Part shown: one piece after another, positions 1 to 9,167 of the stretch
How the letters are laid out: the number at the start of each line of letters is the position of its first letter
Position numbering within the stretch: position 1 is the stretch's first letter
NCBI GenBank assembly: GCA_963758345.1
Contig: CAVWVD010000009.1
Location: 3,077 to 67,076, forward strand
Direction: 5' to 3'
DNA length: 64,000 nucleotides
From: an uncultured Thermoleophilia bacterium
GTDB taxonomy: Bacteria; Actinomycetota; Thermoleophilia; Gaiellales; Gaiellaceae
Translations under genes and position numbers: made by a program
The notes under the pieces: generated by a model
Databases searched by the model: none
What the model was told of the DNA's origin: nothing
What the model saw: the letters and a program-made list of their open reading frames with translations, nothing else

Positions 1-1161
1 GCCGGCGGCGAGCTCCTTCGCCTTCGCGTAGTCCGGGCCCTGGAGCGGGTAGACGTTCGCCTTCTTGTAGCCGCCCATCCCGGGCGGAAGGATCTGGTCG
101 GTGAGCAGGCCGGCGTTGGCGCCGAAGGTGCGGAGCAGCGCCGGGCGGTCGATCGCGTAGTTCGCTGCCTGGCGCATGGCGACCGTCGAGAACATCGGGC
201 GCGCCGTGTTGAGCGCGATGTAGTCGGTCTCGACGAGCGGATGCACCTGGTACTGGTCCTTGTTGACGCCGTACTGGGACGCCAGCTGCGAGTGCGCGGT
301 CGGCGGCAGGCCGCCCATGTCGTAGTCGACCTGGTTCGCCTTTACCTGGAGGAGGCTCTGGTTGACGTTCGTGTTGACGTCGATCTGGATCTGGTCGACG
401 TTCTGCGGGCGGTCGCCGGTGTAGCTCGGGTTCTTCTTCAGCAGGATCGAGCGGCCGACCTGTCGGGCGGCGAAGTAGTACGGCCCCGCGGACGGGTACG
501 TGATGACGCCCTTCGAGTTGATCGGCAGGTCGGTCGGGATCGCCTGGAAGAACGGCATGCCGAGCTTCGCGAGCAGGCCGCCGTCCGCGGCTGTCAGCTT
601 GATCGTGATCTTGTTCCCCTTGACGGTGACGCCGGACGCCGTCTTGGCCTTGCCGTCGAGCACGTCCTGGGCGCCGACGATGTTCGTGATGAACGTGGCC
701 ACCGGGGACTGCATCTTCGGGCTGAGCGCCCGGTTGATCGCGTACGCGAAGTTCGCGGCCGTGACGGGCGTGCCGTCGCTGAACTTGAAGCCGTCCTTGA
801 CGGTGATCGTGTACGTCTTCCCGTCCTGCGAGATGACCGGGAAGCCGTCGGCGGCTTCGGGCACGAGCCTGCTGCCGAGTGGCGCCGGCTTGTCCGGGTA
901 GTTGTAGAGGCGGAGCGCGGTCGCGTACTCGAGCTGCCACGACACGGCGCCGTACGCCAGCGTCGGGTCCGAGTAGTCCACGTCCGTGTTCGACATGTTG
1001 AGCTTCATCGTCCCGCCGGTCGTCGCAGGTGCCGTGGTCGTGCCCCCGCTCGTGCCGGTGGTCGTGCTGGTGCCGTTGTCGCTGCCGCCGCCTCCGCAGG
1101 CGGAGAGAATCAGCAGCCCGGCGCCGAGGACGAACGCGGCTACGGAGAGCCTCAGGGTCAT
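1..1161 (-). CDS. ABC transporter substrate-binding lipoprotein, family 5 (peptide/nickel type); C-terminus lies beyond the window edge
   Basis: Own minus-strand translation from ATG 1161..1159 gives MTLRLSVAAFVLGAGLLILSACGGGGSDNG... with lipobox LSAC. The frame stays open to position 1 and has SBP family 5-like segments (DVDYSDPTLAYGAVSWQLEYATALRLYNYPDKPAP, GMPFFQAIP, KKNPSYTGDRP). It is absent from the ORF track because it runs off the edge. Confidence 0.8.
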   Translation of the reverse strand, partial: MTLRLSVAAFVLGAGLLILSACGGGGSDNGTSTTTGTSGGTTTAPATTGGTMKLNMSNTDVDYSDPTLAYGAVSWQLEYATALRLYNYPDKPAPLGSRLVPEAADGFPVISQDGKTYTITVKDGFKFSDGTPVTAANFAYAINRALSPKMQSPVATFITNIVGAQDVLDGKAKTASGVTVKGNKITIKLTAADGGLLAKLGMPFFQAIPTDLPINSKGVITYPSAGPYYFAARQVGRSILLKKNPSYTGDRPQNVDQIQIDVNTNVNQSLLQVKANQVDYDMGGLPPTAHSQLASQYGVNKDQYQVHPLVETDYIALNTARPMFSTVAMRQAANYAIDRPALLRTFGANAGLLTDQILPPGMGGYKKANVYPLQGPDYAKAKELAAG

Positions 1162-1302
1162 GATCCCTCGCCGGTCCGGTTTCATTGCGTCACGCCCCTT
1201 CCTTGCGCGTTCAAGTTTTGTCGCTGCAGGCGTATGGACGTTGTCTGCTGCCGCGGGTTAGTACGTGCTGCCACGGCCTAACACGGGTTACACATACGGC
1301 TC

Positions 1303-2427
1303 CTATGCGCGCATGCCGTGGCCCGCGGTCCGCAGGCTTCGGCCTTCCCGCCGCTCGCCGAGAGCGAACATGTCGGGGAGCTCGGCCTCTCCGCGGATCG
1401 CGGCGGCGAGCCGCTCGGCCATCGCCGGCCCGTGCTTGAAGCCGTGGCCGGAGCCGCCGCCGACCAGCCAGACGTGCTCGTGCTCGGGATGCGTGGCGGC
1501 GATGAAGTTCGTGTCGGGAGTCGTCTCGTAGCGGCAGGTGCGCGACTCGCGCAGCGGCGCGCCTGCGAGTGTGGGAAAGCGGAGCGCGAAGTAGTCGCGC
1601 ACGAGCGGCTCGGTCGTCGCGCGGTCCGGCAGCTCGGCCTCCGGGTCGAACTCGGGCCCCTCGTAGTCGGCCGCCGCTTTGGCGCCGAGCTCGTCGAGAT
1701 CGGGCGTGCCGTACGCGGCGCGGTCGTAGTCGCACCAGCCGGGCGCGCCGCGCCAGCCCGGGCCGCCGTCGAAGAAGAGCAGCTCCTGGAGCGTCACGCG
1801 GAGCGAGACGTGCTCCGGGAAGAGCCGGCCGAGCCACGGGCCGCACGCCCAGACGACCGCGTCGCCCTCGAGCGGCGTGCCGTCCTCGAGCGTGGCCGCC
1901 GCTCCGGCCGGCTCGGCGCGGCCACGAACCAAACGTGCGCCGTGGGCGGCCGCCTGCGTCGCCAGCGCCTGCACCGAGCGCTGCGCGCGCAGCACACCCG
2001 TGTGCGGCTCGAACAGCACCCAGGCGAGGTCGTCGGTGCGGAGGCTCGGGTAGAGCCGGGCCGCTGCATCCGGATCGAGGTGCTCGCACGGGATGTCGAG
2101 CTCGCGGATCGTCCGCTCGGAGTCGGCCTCCCAGCCGTCGTCGGCGTGCGCGAACCAGGCGATGCCGCACTCGACGAAGAGGTCGGCGCCGGCCTCGGCC
2201 TCGAGCTCGCGCCAGAGCGTGCGCGCTCGCCATGCCATCTCCGTGTAGTAGGCCGAGTCGCCGTGCCCGCACCGGATGAGGCGCGTCTCGCCGCCGGAAG
2301 TCGCGCGCCGGTCGCCCGGCTCGAACTGGTCGACGAGCGTCACGTCGTCGCCATCGCGGGCCAACCACCAGGCGAGCGACGCGCCGAAGGTGCCGGCTCC
2401 CACGATCACGACGTGCACGAGCGGCAC
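1303..2427 (-). CDS. FAD-dependent oxidoreductase (DAO / sarcosine-oxidase-beta-like)
   Basis: Track ORF 1303..2577. The N-terminal Rossmann motif VHVVIVGAGTFGASLAWWLARDG follows GTG 2427, and I trimmed the start to that GTG. The C-terminal GGSGHGFKHGP motif is typical of the DAO family. Confidence 0.8.
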   Translation of the reverse strand: MPLVHVVIVGAGTFGASLAWWLARDGDDVTLVDQFEPGDRRATSGGETRLIRCGHGDSAYYTEMAWRARTLWRELEAEAGADLFVECGIAWFAHADDGWEADSERTIRELDIPCEHLDPDAAARLYPSLRTDDLAWVLFEPHTGVLRAQRSVQALATQAAAHGARLVRGRAEPAGAAATLEDGTPLEGDAVVWACGPWLGRLFPEHVSLRVTLQELLFFDGGPGWRGAPGWCDYDRAAYGTPDLDELGAKAAADYEGPEFDPEAELPDRATTEPLVRDYFALRFPTLAGAPLRESRTCRYETTPDTNFIAATHPEHEHVWLVGGGSGHGFKHGPAMAERLAAAIRGEAELPDMFALGERREGRSLRTAGHGMRA

Positions 2428-2437
2428 CCTACGTGGT

Positions 2438-3290
2438 GTGTGTGCCTGGCTCGACCCTTCGGAGCTCCGCATCGGCCTCGGCTGTATGCGGCTCTCGACG
2501 GACGCTGACGCGGACCAGGAACGTGCGGCTGCGACGATCGGGGCGGCGGTCGAGGAGGGCATCACCGTCTTCGACACGGCGCGGGCCTACGGCGCGAACG
2601 AGGCGCTGGTCGCACGCGCGCTCGACGGCGCGAAGGCCCGGATCGTCACGAAGGGCGGTATGCGCCCGGACTGGGTGCCGGACGGCCGGGCGAAGACGCT
2701 TCGCGCGGACTGCGAGGCAAGCCTGCAGGCGCTCGACGGGGTGCCGATCGACCTCTACCTGATCCATGCGCCCGACCCGCGCACGTCGTGGGGGACGTCG
2801 GTGCGCGCCCTTGCGCGGATCGCCGACGAGGGGCTGGCGCAGCGGGTGGGCGTGGCGAACGTGAGCCGCGGGCAACTCGACGAGGCGCTGGAGCTCGCGC
2901 CGATTGCCGCGGTCCAGGTCGCGCTCAGCCCGTTCGACGACCGCGCCCGCCGGAGTGGAGTGCTCGAGCGTTGCGAGGACCTCGGGCTCGCGCTGATCGC
3001 CCACTCGCCCCTCGGCGGGCCGCGCCGGCGGGGGGCCGCCGCGCGCAACGCGGTGCTACGGGAGGTCGGCGACGAGCGCGGCGCGACGCCGGCGGAGATC
3101 GCGCTCGCCTGGCTGCTCGAGCTGTCGCCGGTCGTCGTCCCGATCCCGGGCGCGCGGCGCCCCGAGACCGCGCGCTCGTCCGCGCGGGCGGCGAGCCTCG
3201 ACCTGCACGCCGACGACCGCGCGGCCCTCGCGAATGCCTTCGGCGCTGCGCGGCCGGCCCGGGTCCGGCCGCGCCGAGCGAGCCGACGTC
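2438..3290 (+). CDS. Aldo/keto reductase; 3' boundary unresolved because there is no in-frame stop until 4279
   Basis: Frame of ORF 2276..4279. From GTG 2438 it reads LRIGLGCMRLS...FDTARAYG...DLYLIHAPD...VVPIPGARRPE...DLHADDRAALANAF, a complete AKR fold. After about 3290 the frame becomes Arg-rich nonsense. Confidence 0.65.
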
Positions 3291-4100
3291 GTGCTGGTCA
3301 TGGGCATTCCGGGCGCGGGCAAGAGCCGGATCGCCGCAGGCTACGAGGAGCGTGGCTACCTACGCCTGAACCGGGACGAGCGCGGCGGCTCGCTGCGCGA
3401 GCTCGGCGACGCGCTCGACGAGCTGCTCGCGCGCGGCGCGCGCCGCATTGTCCTCGACAACACGTACCTGACTCGTGCCGCGAGGAGCTACACGCTCGAT
3501 GCGGCGGCGCGGCACCGCATCGAGCCGCGCTGCGTGTGGCTCGACACCCCGCTCGCGCAGGCGCAGGTGAATCTCGTCGAGCGGGTACTCGACCGCGCCG
3601 GCCGCCTTCCGGAGCCGGAGGAGCTGAAGACGCTCGCGCGCGAGCCGGGCCTGCTCCTGCCGACGTCGCAGATGCGAGCGGTGCGCGAGCTCGAACCGCC
3701 GTCGGAGGACGAGGGCTTCGGCGCCGTCGAACGGGTCGAGTTCGAGCGCGAGCCAGGCTCGGGAGGTCACGCCGTCTTCGTCGCCGCGCTCGCGCTCGGC
3801 GGCTGGATGCCGACCGAACCGGAGGCGCCGCACCTGGTCTTCGACTGGCGCCCGGACGGCGGCGGTCTCGACGCCGAGGTCGCGAGCCTCGCGGTGTCCG
3901 GGCCGGCCGAGGGAGACGTCTGCCCGCATGGCGCAGGCCCGCCGGTCTGCTGGTGCCGGCCTCCGCTTCCCGGTCTGCTGCTCGCCTTCGCGCGGGCACA
4001 CGGTGTCGATCCGGCCCGCTCCACGCTCGTCGGCGTCAGCGCCGCGCATCGCACGCTCGCAACCACGCTCGGCGCCGCCTACGTCCAGGTGCCGGGCTGA
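3234..4100 (+). CDS. P-loop kinase (AAA_33/polynucleotide-kinase-like) with a C-terminal degenerate HAD (GmhB-like) domain
   Basis: ORF 3234..4100 has Walker A VVLVMGIPGAGKS. The C-terminal part has the GmhB-like CPHGAGPPVCWCRPPLPGLL motif but lacks the DxD nucleophile motif (AVFVAALAL in its place). Confidence 0.65.
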   Translation: MPSALRGRPGSGRAERADVVLVMGIPGAGKSRIAAGYEERGYLRLNRDERGGSLRELGDALDELLARGARRIVLDNTYLTRAARSYTLDAAARHRIEPRCVWLDTPLAQAQVNLVERVLDRAGRLPEPEELKTLAREPGLLLPTSQMRAVRELEPPSEDEGFGAVERVEFEREPGSGGHAVFVAALALGGWMPTEPEAPHLVFDWRPDGGGLDAEVASLAVSGPAEGDVCPHGAGPPVCWCRPPLPGLLLAFARAHGVDPARSTLVGVSAAHRTLATTLGAAYVQVPG

Positions 4101-4109
4101 CCGCCGCCT

Positions 4110-5447
4110 TCAGACGTGGGAGACGGCGAAAAGGCGCCATTCGCCGGGCACGCCCTTCAGCTCGTGGGCACCGCGGTCCTCGAATTCGAGGCCCGAGCCG
4201 GCCACGAGGTCCCGGACCGTGCTCGACGCGAGCACCTCGCCGGGGCCTGCCTTCGCTGCGACCCGCGCGCCGGTGTTGACTGCGATGCCGCCGATGTCAG
4301 ACCCCATGCGCTCGAGCTCGCCCGTGTGCAGGCCGAAGCGCAGCTGGAGCCCGAGCGTGCGGGCCGCGTCTCGGATCGAGACGGCACAGACGACGGCGCG
4401 GGCCGGTCCGTCGAAGATCGCGAGGAACCCGTCGCCCGCCGTGTTCAGCTCCTCGCCGCGAAACCGTGCGAGCTCCCGGCGGACGACGGCGTGGTGCTGC
4501 TCGAGCAGGTCTCCCCAGTGATGGTCGCCGAGATCGGCGGCGAGCTCGGTCGAGCCGACGATGTCGGTGAAGAGGACGGTTGCGAGCACGCGATCGAGCG
4601 CCGGGTGCGGGCGTACGCCTGTGAGGAACTCCTCGATCTCCGCGAGCGCGGGCTCGGGATCGCCGAGCCAGGGCATGTGGTCGGCGCCGGCGAGCTCCAC
4701 GACCTTCGCGGCCGGGATCCGCTCGCCGACGTCACTGCTCTGGGCGGCCATGAACTCGTCGGCCCGGTGCATCACCAGTGTTGGCACCCGGATCGCCGGC
4801 AGGACGTGGCGGATGTCGATGGTCGAGCTCATACGGTGGAACGCTGCTGCCGCCGACGGGCTCGCGGCCCGGAGAGCCGCTCGCGTGTGCGCCTCGACGA
4901 GCTCGTCGTCGTCCGCGATCGACGGTGCGATCCGCCGCATCAGCGAGCGCACCAGGTCGGTTCCCCAGTCGTCGGCGATCGAACGCTCGAGCTCGTCGAC
5001 CTCCTCGTCGGTCTCGCCGATGGGGTAGTCCGTCGCCCATCGCACCCTCGCCGTGCCACCGATCATCACGAGTGCCTGCGTCCGCTCGGGATACGTCGCG
5101 GCGAAGAGAGCGCACATCGAGGCGCCCTCGGAGTGGCCGAGCAGAGCGGCGCGTTCCGAGCCGACCGCGTCCATGACGGCCCGCATGTCGTCCATTCGCT
5201 GCTCGAGCGTCGGCAGATCGTCGAGCGCTACGCGGTCGGAGAGGCCGATGCCGCGCTTGTCGAAGACGATGAGGCGCGAAAAGGTCGCGAGCCGCCGGTA
5301 GAACCGGTCGATCGACTCGATGTCCCAGCGGGCGTCGAAGCTCTGGACCCAGCCGTGGACGACGACGAGGTCGAGCGGCTCGTCGCCCATGACCTCGTAG
5401 GCGATGTTGACGTCCCCGTTCCTCGCATAGCGCACGCCGGAAGCCAT
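4110..5447 (-). CDS. Alpha/beta-hydrolase domain fused to a class III adenylate/guanylate cyclase domain
   Basis: ORF 4110..5447. The N-terminal part shows LVVVHGW...GHSEGA (GxSxG). The C-terminal part shows LATVLFTDIVGSTELA...NTAGDGFLAIFD...GLHTGE...GIAVNTGARV, the cyclase core. Confidence 0.9.
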   Translation of the reverse strand: MASGVRYARNGDVNIAYEVMGDEPLDLVVVHGWVQSFDARWDIESIDRFYRRLATFSRLIVFDKRGIGLSDRVALDDLPTLEQRMDDMRAVMDAVGSERAALLGHSEGASMCALFAATYPERTQALVMIGGTARVRWATDYPIGETDEEVDELERSIADDWGTDLVRSLMRRIAPSIADDDELVEAHTRAALRAASPSAAAAFHRMSSTIDIRHVLPAIRVPTLVMHRADEFMAAQSSDVGERIPAAKVVELAGADHMPWLGDPEPALAEIEEFLTGVRPHPALDRVLATVLFTDIVGSTELAADLGDHHWGDLLEQHHAVVRRELARFRGEELNTAGDGFLAIFDGPARAVVCAVSIRDAARTLGLQLRFGLHTGELERMGSDIGGIAVNTGARVAAKAGPGEVLASSTVRDLVAGSGLEFEDRGAHELKGVPGEWRLFAVSHV

Positions 5448-5555
5448 TGCCTCCTTCGAGCCTAGCCGCGGTATGGCGCCGGCGCGTGCGCGCCGCGAGG
5501 AGCAGCGCGCACGGAGAACCGCCGGCCTGGAGCGGCCTGCCGCACTGACGGCCGA

Positions 5556-5816
5556 CTAGGCGGGGTCGAGGTTGCCGAGCCGCTCGCGGTACTCCTCGAC
5601 CGTGATCTCGCCGCGGGCGTAGCGCTCGGCGAGGATCGCCCGCGCATCGGACCCGTGGTGGTGGCGCCACGGGCCGCCGCGGCCGCGCCAGAAGACGAAG
5701 CGGAAGAACACGAAGAAGACAAGGAGCCAGAAGAGCGGCACCAGCGGCCAGAACCAGAACCAGCCGTGGCCGTGGTGGTAATCGGCCAGGAACGTCAGGG
5801 CGGTCATCTCGTTCAC
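5556..5816 (-). CDS. SHOCT-domain small membrane protein
   Basis: ORF 5556..5816 has an aromatic-rich TM segment (WFWFWPLVPLFWLLVFFVFF) followed by ILAERYARGEITVEEYRERL, a SHOCT-like tail. Confidence 0.75.
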   Translation of the reverse strand: MNEMTALTFLADYHHGHGWFWFWPLVPLFWLLVFFVFFRFVFWRGRGGPWRHHHGSDARAILAERYARGEITVEEYRERLGNLDPA

Positions 5817-5843
5817 CTCGTTGTGCGAGTGGACATTAGAGGA

Positions 5844-5871
5844 CTAATCATTAGCATACTAAGCGTACGCT
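5844..5871. promoter_or_regulatory. Two short perfect palindromes in the AT-rich divergent SHOCT/MarR intergenic region (candidate MarR operator)
   Basis: CTAAT-C-ATTAG at 5844..5854 and AGCGTACGCT at 5862..5871, read directly. This is the only AT-rich stretch between the two divergent starts. Confidence 0.4.
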
Positions 5872-5890
5872 ATCCGTAAAGCCTCGTACG

Positions 5891-6334
5891 ATGACTCCGA
5901 TGCGACCCGATGGACCGCCACTCGGCCTGCTGCTCGCAACCACGTCCAAGGCAGTCGGCCGCGCGTTCAATGCTGCGCTCGCCGACAACGGCGGCTCGGT
6001 CCCGATCTGGCTGGTCCTCAACGCGCTGAAGAGCGAGCCCCGGCGCACGCAGCTCGATCTGGCCCGCGCCGTCGGGATCGAGGGCCCGACGCTGACACGC
6101 CACCTCGACGGCATGGAGCAGGCGGGCCTCGTCGAGCGCAAACGCGGCGCAGTCGACCGCCGGTCGGTGCAGGTGGAGCTGACGCGCGCCGGCCACGCGC
6201 TGCACGGGCGCCTCCTGAAGGCCGTGATCGCCTTCAGCGAAGGCCTCCATGCGGGCATCACCGCCGACGAGGTGGCGACGTTGCGAGGGCTGCTCGCGCG
6301 CCTGCGCGCCAACGTGGGCGGCGCGGCCGGCTGA
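5891..6334 (+). CDS. MarR family transcriptional regulator
   Basis: ORF 5891..6334 has a winged-helix core: RTQLDLARAVGIEGPTLTRHLDGMEQAGLVERKRGAVDRRSVQVELTRAG. Confidence 0.9.
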   Translation: MTPMRPDGPPLGLLLATTSKAVGRAFNAALADNGGSVPIWLVLNALKSEPRRTQLDLARAVGIEGPTLTRHLDGMEQAGLVERKRGAVDRRSVQVELTRAGHALHGRLLKAVIAFSEGLHAGITADEVATLRGLLARLRANVGGAAG

Positions 6335-6340
6335 GGCGGC

Positions 6341-6388
6341 TTGACATGCAGCCGTGTGGCTGCGTATATTACGCAGCCAGATGGCTGC
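6341..6388 (+). promoter_or_regulatory. Sigma-70-like promoter (TTGACA-18 nt-TATATT) bracketed by two GCAGCC-N4-GGCTGC palindromes
   Basis: TTGACA at 6341..6346 and TATATT at 6365..6370. Palindrome 1 is 6348..6363 and palindrome 2 is 6373..6388; the second overlaps ATG 6381. Confidence 0.55.
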
Positions 6389-7226
6389 CTATACCGGCAT
6401 GGACGACGTGTTCAGAGCGCTCGCCGACCCGAGCCGCCGCCGGCTGCTCGACAGCCTGAACGCTCGGAACGGCCAGACCCTGCGCGAGCTCTGCTCGGAG
6501 CTGGACATGGCCCGTCAGTCCGTGAGCAAGCACCTCGCCGTCCTCGAGGCGGCGAACCTCGTGACGACCGTCCGCCGCGGCCGCGAGAAGCTCCACTACC
6601 TCAACGCGGCGCCCATCAACGAGATCGGCGAGCGCTGGATCACGAGCTACGAGCAGGCGCGCGTTGAGGCGCTTGCCGACCTGAAACGCGCACTGGAGGA
6701 GGACCCCATGTCTGAAAGGCCTTCGTTCGTCTACACGACCTACATCAAGACCACGCCCGAGCGCCTCTGGCAGGCCCTCACCGAGCCGGCGTTCACGGAG
6801 CGCTACTGGAGGACGGCATTCGAGACGGACTGGCAGGTCGGCTCGCCGATCACGTGGCACACGTACGGCGTCACGATCGCCGACCCCGAGCAGGTCGTTC
6901 TCGAGGCCGACCCCTATCGCCGCCTCGCCTACACCTGGCACACCTTCACGCGCGAGCTGGCCGAGGTCCACGACCTCGGCGACGAGGTGCTCGCCGAGGC
7001 ATCCCGGGAAGGCCGATCGAAGGTCAGGTTCGAGATCGAGCCGGTTGGCGAGCTCTGCAAGCTCACCGTCGTCCATGACGGCTTCGAGCCGGAGAGCACC
7101 GTCCTTCGGCTGATCAGCGGCGGCTGGCCGCGCGTCCTCTCGGACCTGAAGACGCTGCTCGAGACCGATGCGCCGCCTCCGAGCGCGCTCATGACGAAGA
7201 CACGACACGACGGAGCAGACACATGA
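6381..7226 (+). CDS. ArsR-family HTH fused to an SRPBCC (Aha1/START-like) domain
   Basis: ORF 6354..7226, start trimmed to ATG 6381. The ArsR core is FRALADPSRRRLLDSL...LRELCSELDMARQSVSKHLAVLEAANLV. The C-terminal part (TTPERLWQALTEPAFTERYW...) is an SRPBCC fold. Confidence 0.8.
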   Translation: MAAYTGMDDVFRALADPSRRRLLDSLNARNGQTLRELCSELDMARQSVSKHLAVLEAANLVTTVRRGREKLHYLNAAPINEIGERWITSYEQARVEALADLKRALEEDPMSERPSFVYTTYIKTTPERLWQALTEPAFTERYWRTAFETDWQVGSPITWHTYGVTIADPEQVVLEADPYRRLAYTWHTFTRELAEVHDLGDEVLAEASREGRSKVRFEIEPVGELCKLTVVHDGFEPESTVLRLISGGWPRVLSDLKTLLETDAPPPSALMTKTRHDGADT

Positions 7227-8062
7227 TCGGACGGACGATTCAGCACACGGTCGGCACGCGTGAAGAGTGGCATGCGGCCCGCGCACAGCTCCTCGACCTC
7301 GAGAAGGAGCACACGAGGCTCGGCGACGAGCTTGCGCGGAAGCGGCGGGAGCTCCCGTGGGTGCCCGTGGAGAAGGACTACCGCTTCGACACGGACGACG
7401 GCGAGCGGACGCTCGACGAGCTGTTCGAGGGGCGATCCCAGCTGCTCGTCTACCACTTCATGTTCGGCCCGAGCTACGCGGCCGGCTGCCCGGTGAACTC
7501 GTCGATCGCCGACACGATCGACGGTGTCCTCCCGCACGTGCAGGCGCGCGACGCGACCATGATCCTGGTCTCCCAGGCGCCGCTCGAGAAGCTGCAGGCC
7601 TACAAGCAACGGATGGGCTGGGCCATGCCGTGGGTCTCGTCCGCGCCGGGCGACTTCAACTTCGATCTCGGCTTCTCGCACACGCCGGAGGAAGGCCGCG
7701 AGCTGGTCGAGCAGATGACGAAGGGCGGGCTCCCGCCGATCGTCGAGCACAACGCGAGGTCGAGCGGCACAGATCCCGTCGGCTACATGACCGAGAGCCC
7801 CGGGTTCAGCACGTTCGTGCGCGCGGACGACGCCGTCTACCAGGCGTACTCGACGACGTGGCGCGGGCTGGAGTTCCTGATGGGCTACTACCCGATCCTC
7901 GACCGCGCGCCGAGGGGCCGTGACGAGGGCGAGGCGTGGCAGCTCTGGATCCGCCGCACGACGAGTACCAGACCTGGCGCGGCCCACCCTGCATCGTCTC
8001 GTCGTCTTGTGAAACCGACAGAACAACCGCAAAACGGCTGCACCGGGCGTCTAATGGCTTGA
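7223..8062 (+). CDS. DUF899 thioredoxin-like protein; possible 1-nt frameshift near its 3' end
   Basis: ORF 7223..8062 has the typical DUF899 N-terminus (REEWHAARAQLLDLEKEHTRLGDELARKRRELPWV) and YHFMFGP. Near 7955 the alternative frame reads WIRRHDEY, which I remember as the family's C-terminal signature. Confidence 0.75.
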   Translation: MIGRTIQHTVGTREEWHAARAQLLDLEKEHTRLGDELARKRRELPWVPVEKDYRFDTDDGERTLDELFEGRSQLLVYHFMFGPSYAAGCPVNSSIADTIDGVLPHVQARDATMILVSQAPLEKLQAYKQRMGWAMPWVSSAPGDFNFDLGFSHTPEEGRELVEQMTKGGLPPIVEHNARSSGTDPVGYMTESPGFSTFVRADDAVYQAYSTTWRGLEFLMGYYPILDRAPRGRDEGEAWQLWIRRTTSTRPGAAHPASSRRLVKPTEQPQNGCTGRLMA

Positions 8063-8071
8063 TGCGAGCTA

Positions 8072-8145
<74 letters not shown>

Positions 8146-8168
8146 GGGCTGTCGGAGTGTAGCCCAGT

Positions 8169-9167
8169 ATGCGGCTGAAGGCCCGCTACGCTCCCCCGGC
8201 TGTGAAGGGCCTGATTGCGGCGATCCTGCTCGTGCTCGTGGCTGCCGCCTGCGGTGGCGGTGGCGACAAGAGCGCCACCAGCACCACGAGCGCGTCCTCG
8301 GGGTCGCGCGACGGCACCGCGACGCCGGTCGAGCTCGCCTTCTACAACTACGACACGAACGCGCCCGTCGGGCTTCGCGACGCAGGCGTGATCAACAAGA
8401 ACTACCCGATCAAGTTCCACGACGTCACGTACATCAGCCCGCATGGCGGCTACGTGCCGGCGTACCTGCTCACGCCGCCGGGAAAGGGGCCGTACCCGGG
8501 CGTCATCCTGCTGCACGGCTCGGGCGGCTCGCGCACCGACCTGCTTCAGATGGCGGGCTGGCTCGCGGGCCGCGGCGCCGTGGCGATGACCATCGACTCG
8601 GCCTACACGCGCCAGGGGAACCGGCCGGTCCAGCCGGGCATCGACGGGTTCAAGGCCGACCGCCAGCTCGCCGTCCAGACCGTCGCCGACCTGCGCCGCG
8701 CGGTCGACGTGCTGCAGGCGCAGCCGCAGGTGGACAAGAAGAACATCGGCTTCCTCGGCTTCAGCGCCGGCGCGAAGAGCGGCGCGGTGCTCGTGGGCGT
8801 CGAGCCGCGGATCAAGGCGGCCGTGCTGGTCTCGGGCGGCTCGCCCTCGCTCGACGCGACCGTCGCCAAAGCGCCGGAGAACCTGCGCGGCGCGATTCGC
8901 CCGCTTCTCTCCTCGACCGATCCGACGCGGTTCATCGGGCGGACGAAGGCTGCCCTGCTCCTGCAGGCGGGGAAGCAGGACACCTACGTGCCGCAGGAAG
9001 ACCTGAAGGCGCTCGCGGACGCGGCCGGGACGACGGCCGAGTTCAAGGAGTACCAGGGCGGCCACGATCTCTTCAGCACGAAGCCGGCCGTCCACGATGC
9101 GCTCGCGTTCCTCTCGACCAAGCTCGGGTCGGGGCCGCGCATCAAGGGCGCGCAGGTAGGCCCCTGA
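8169..9167 (+). CDS. Lipoprotein alpha/beta hydrolase (dienelactone hydrolase / S9-like)
   Basis: ORF 8169..9167 has a signal peptide with lipobox LVAAACGGGG, plus HGSGGSR and the nucleophile elbow GFLGFSAGA. Confidence 0.8.
   Translation: MRLKARYAPPAVKGLIAAILLVLVAAACGGGGDKSATSTTSASSGSRDGTATPVELAFYNYDTNAPVGLRDAGVINKNYPIKFHDVTYISPHGGYVPAYLLTPPGKGPYPGVILLHGSGGSRTDLLQMAGWLAGRGAVAMTIDSAYTRQGNRPVQPGIDGFKADRQLAVQTVADLRRAVDVLQAQPQVDKKNIGFLGFSAGAKSGAVLVGVEPRIKAAVLVSGGSPSLDATVAKAPENLRGAIRPLLSSTDPTRFIGRTKAALLLQAGKQDTYVPQEDLKALADAAGTTAEFKEYQGGHDLFSTKPAVHDALAFLSTKLGSGPRIKGAQVGP

Noticed and set aside
241-2368. Long Arg/Ala/Pro-rich ORFs on the strand opposite to, or out of frame with, real genes. Examples: 241..1281, 1211..2368, 3298..3999, 10366..11916, 33701..35965, 53866..55977, 55788..57587.
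   Set aside because: Their composition (R, A, P, G runs) is typical of spurious frames in very GC-rich DNA. Each overlaps a frame with clear family motifs.
2276-4279. The 667-codon ORF read as a single protein.
   Set aside because: Only the first ~280 codons after GTG 2438 look like a protein (the AKR). The remainder is Arg-rich nonsense overlapping a well-formed kinase frame.
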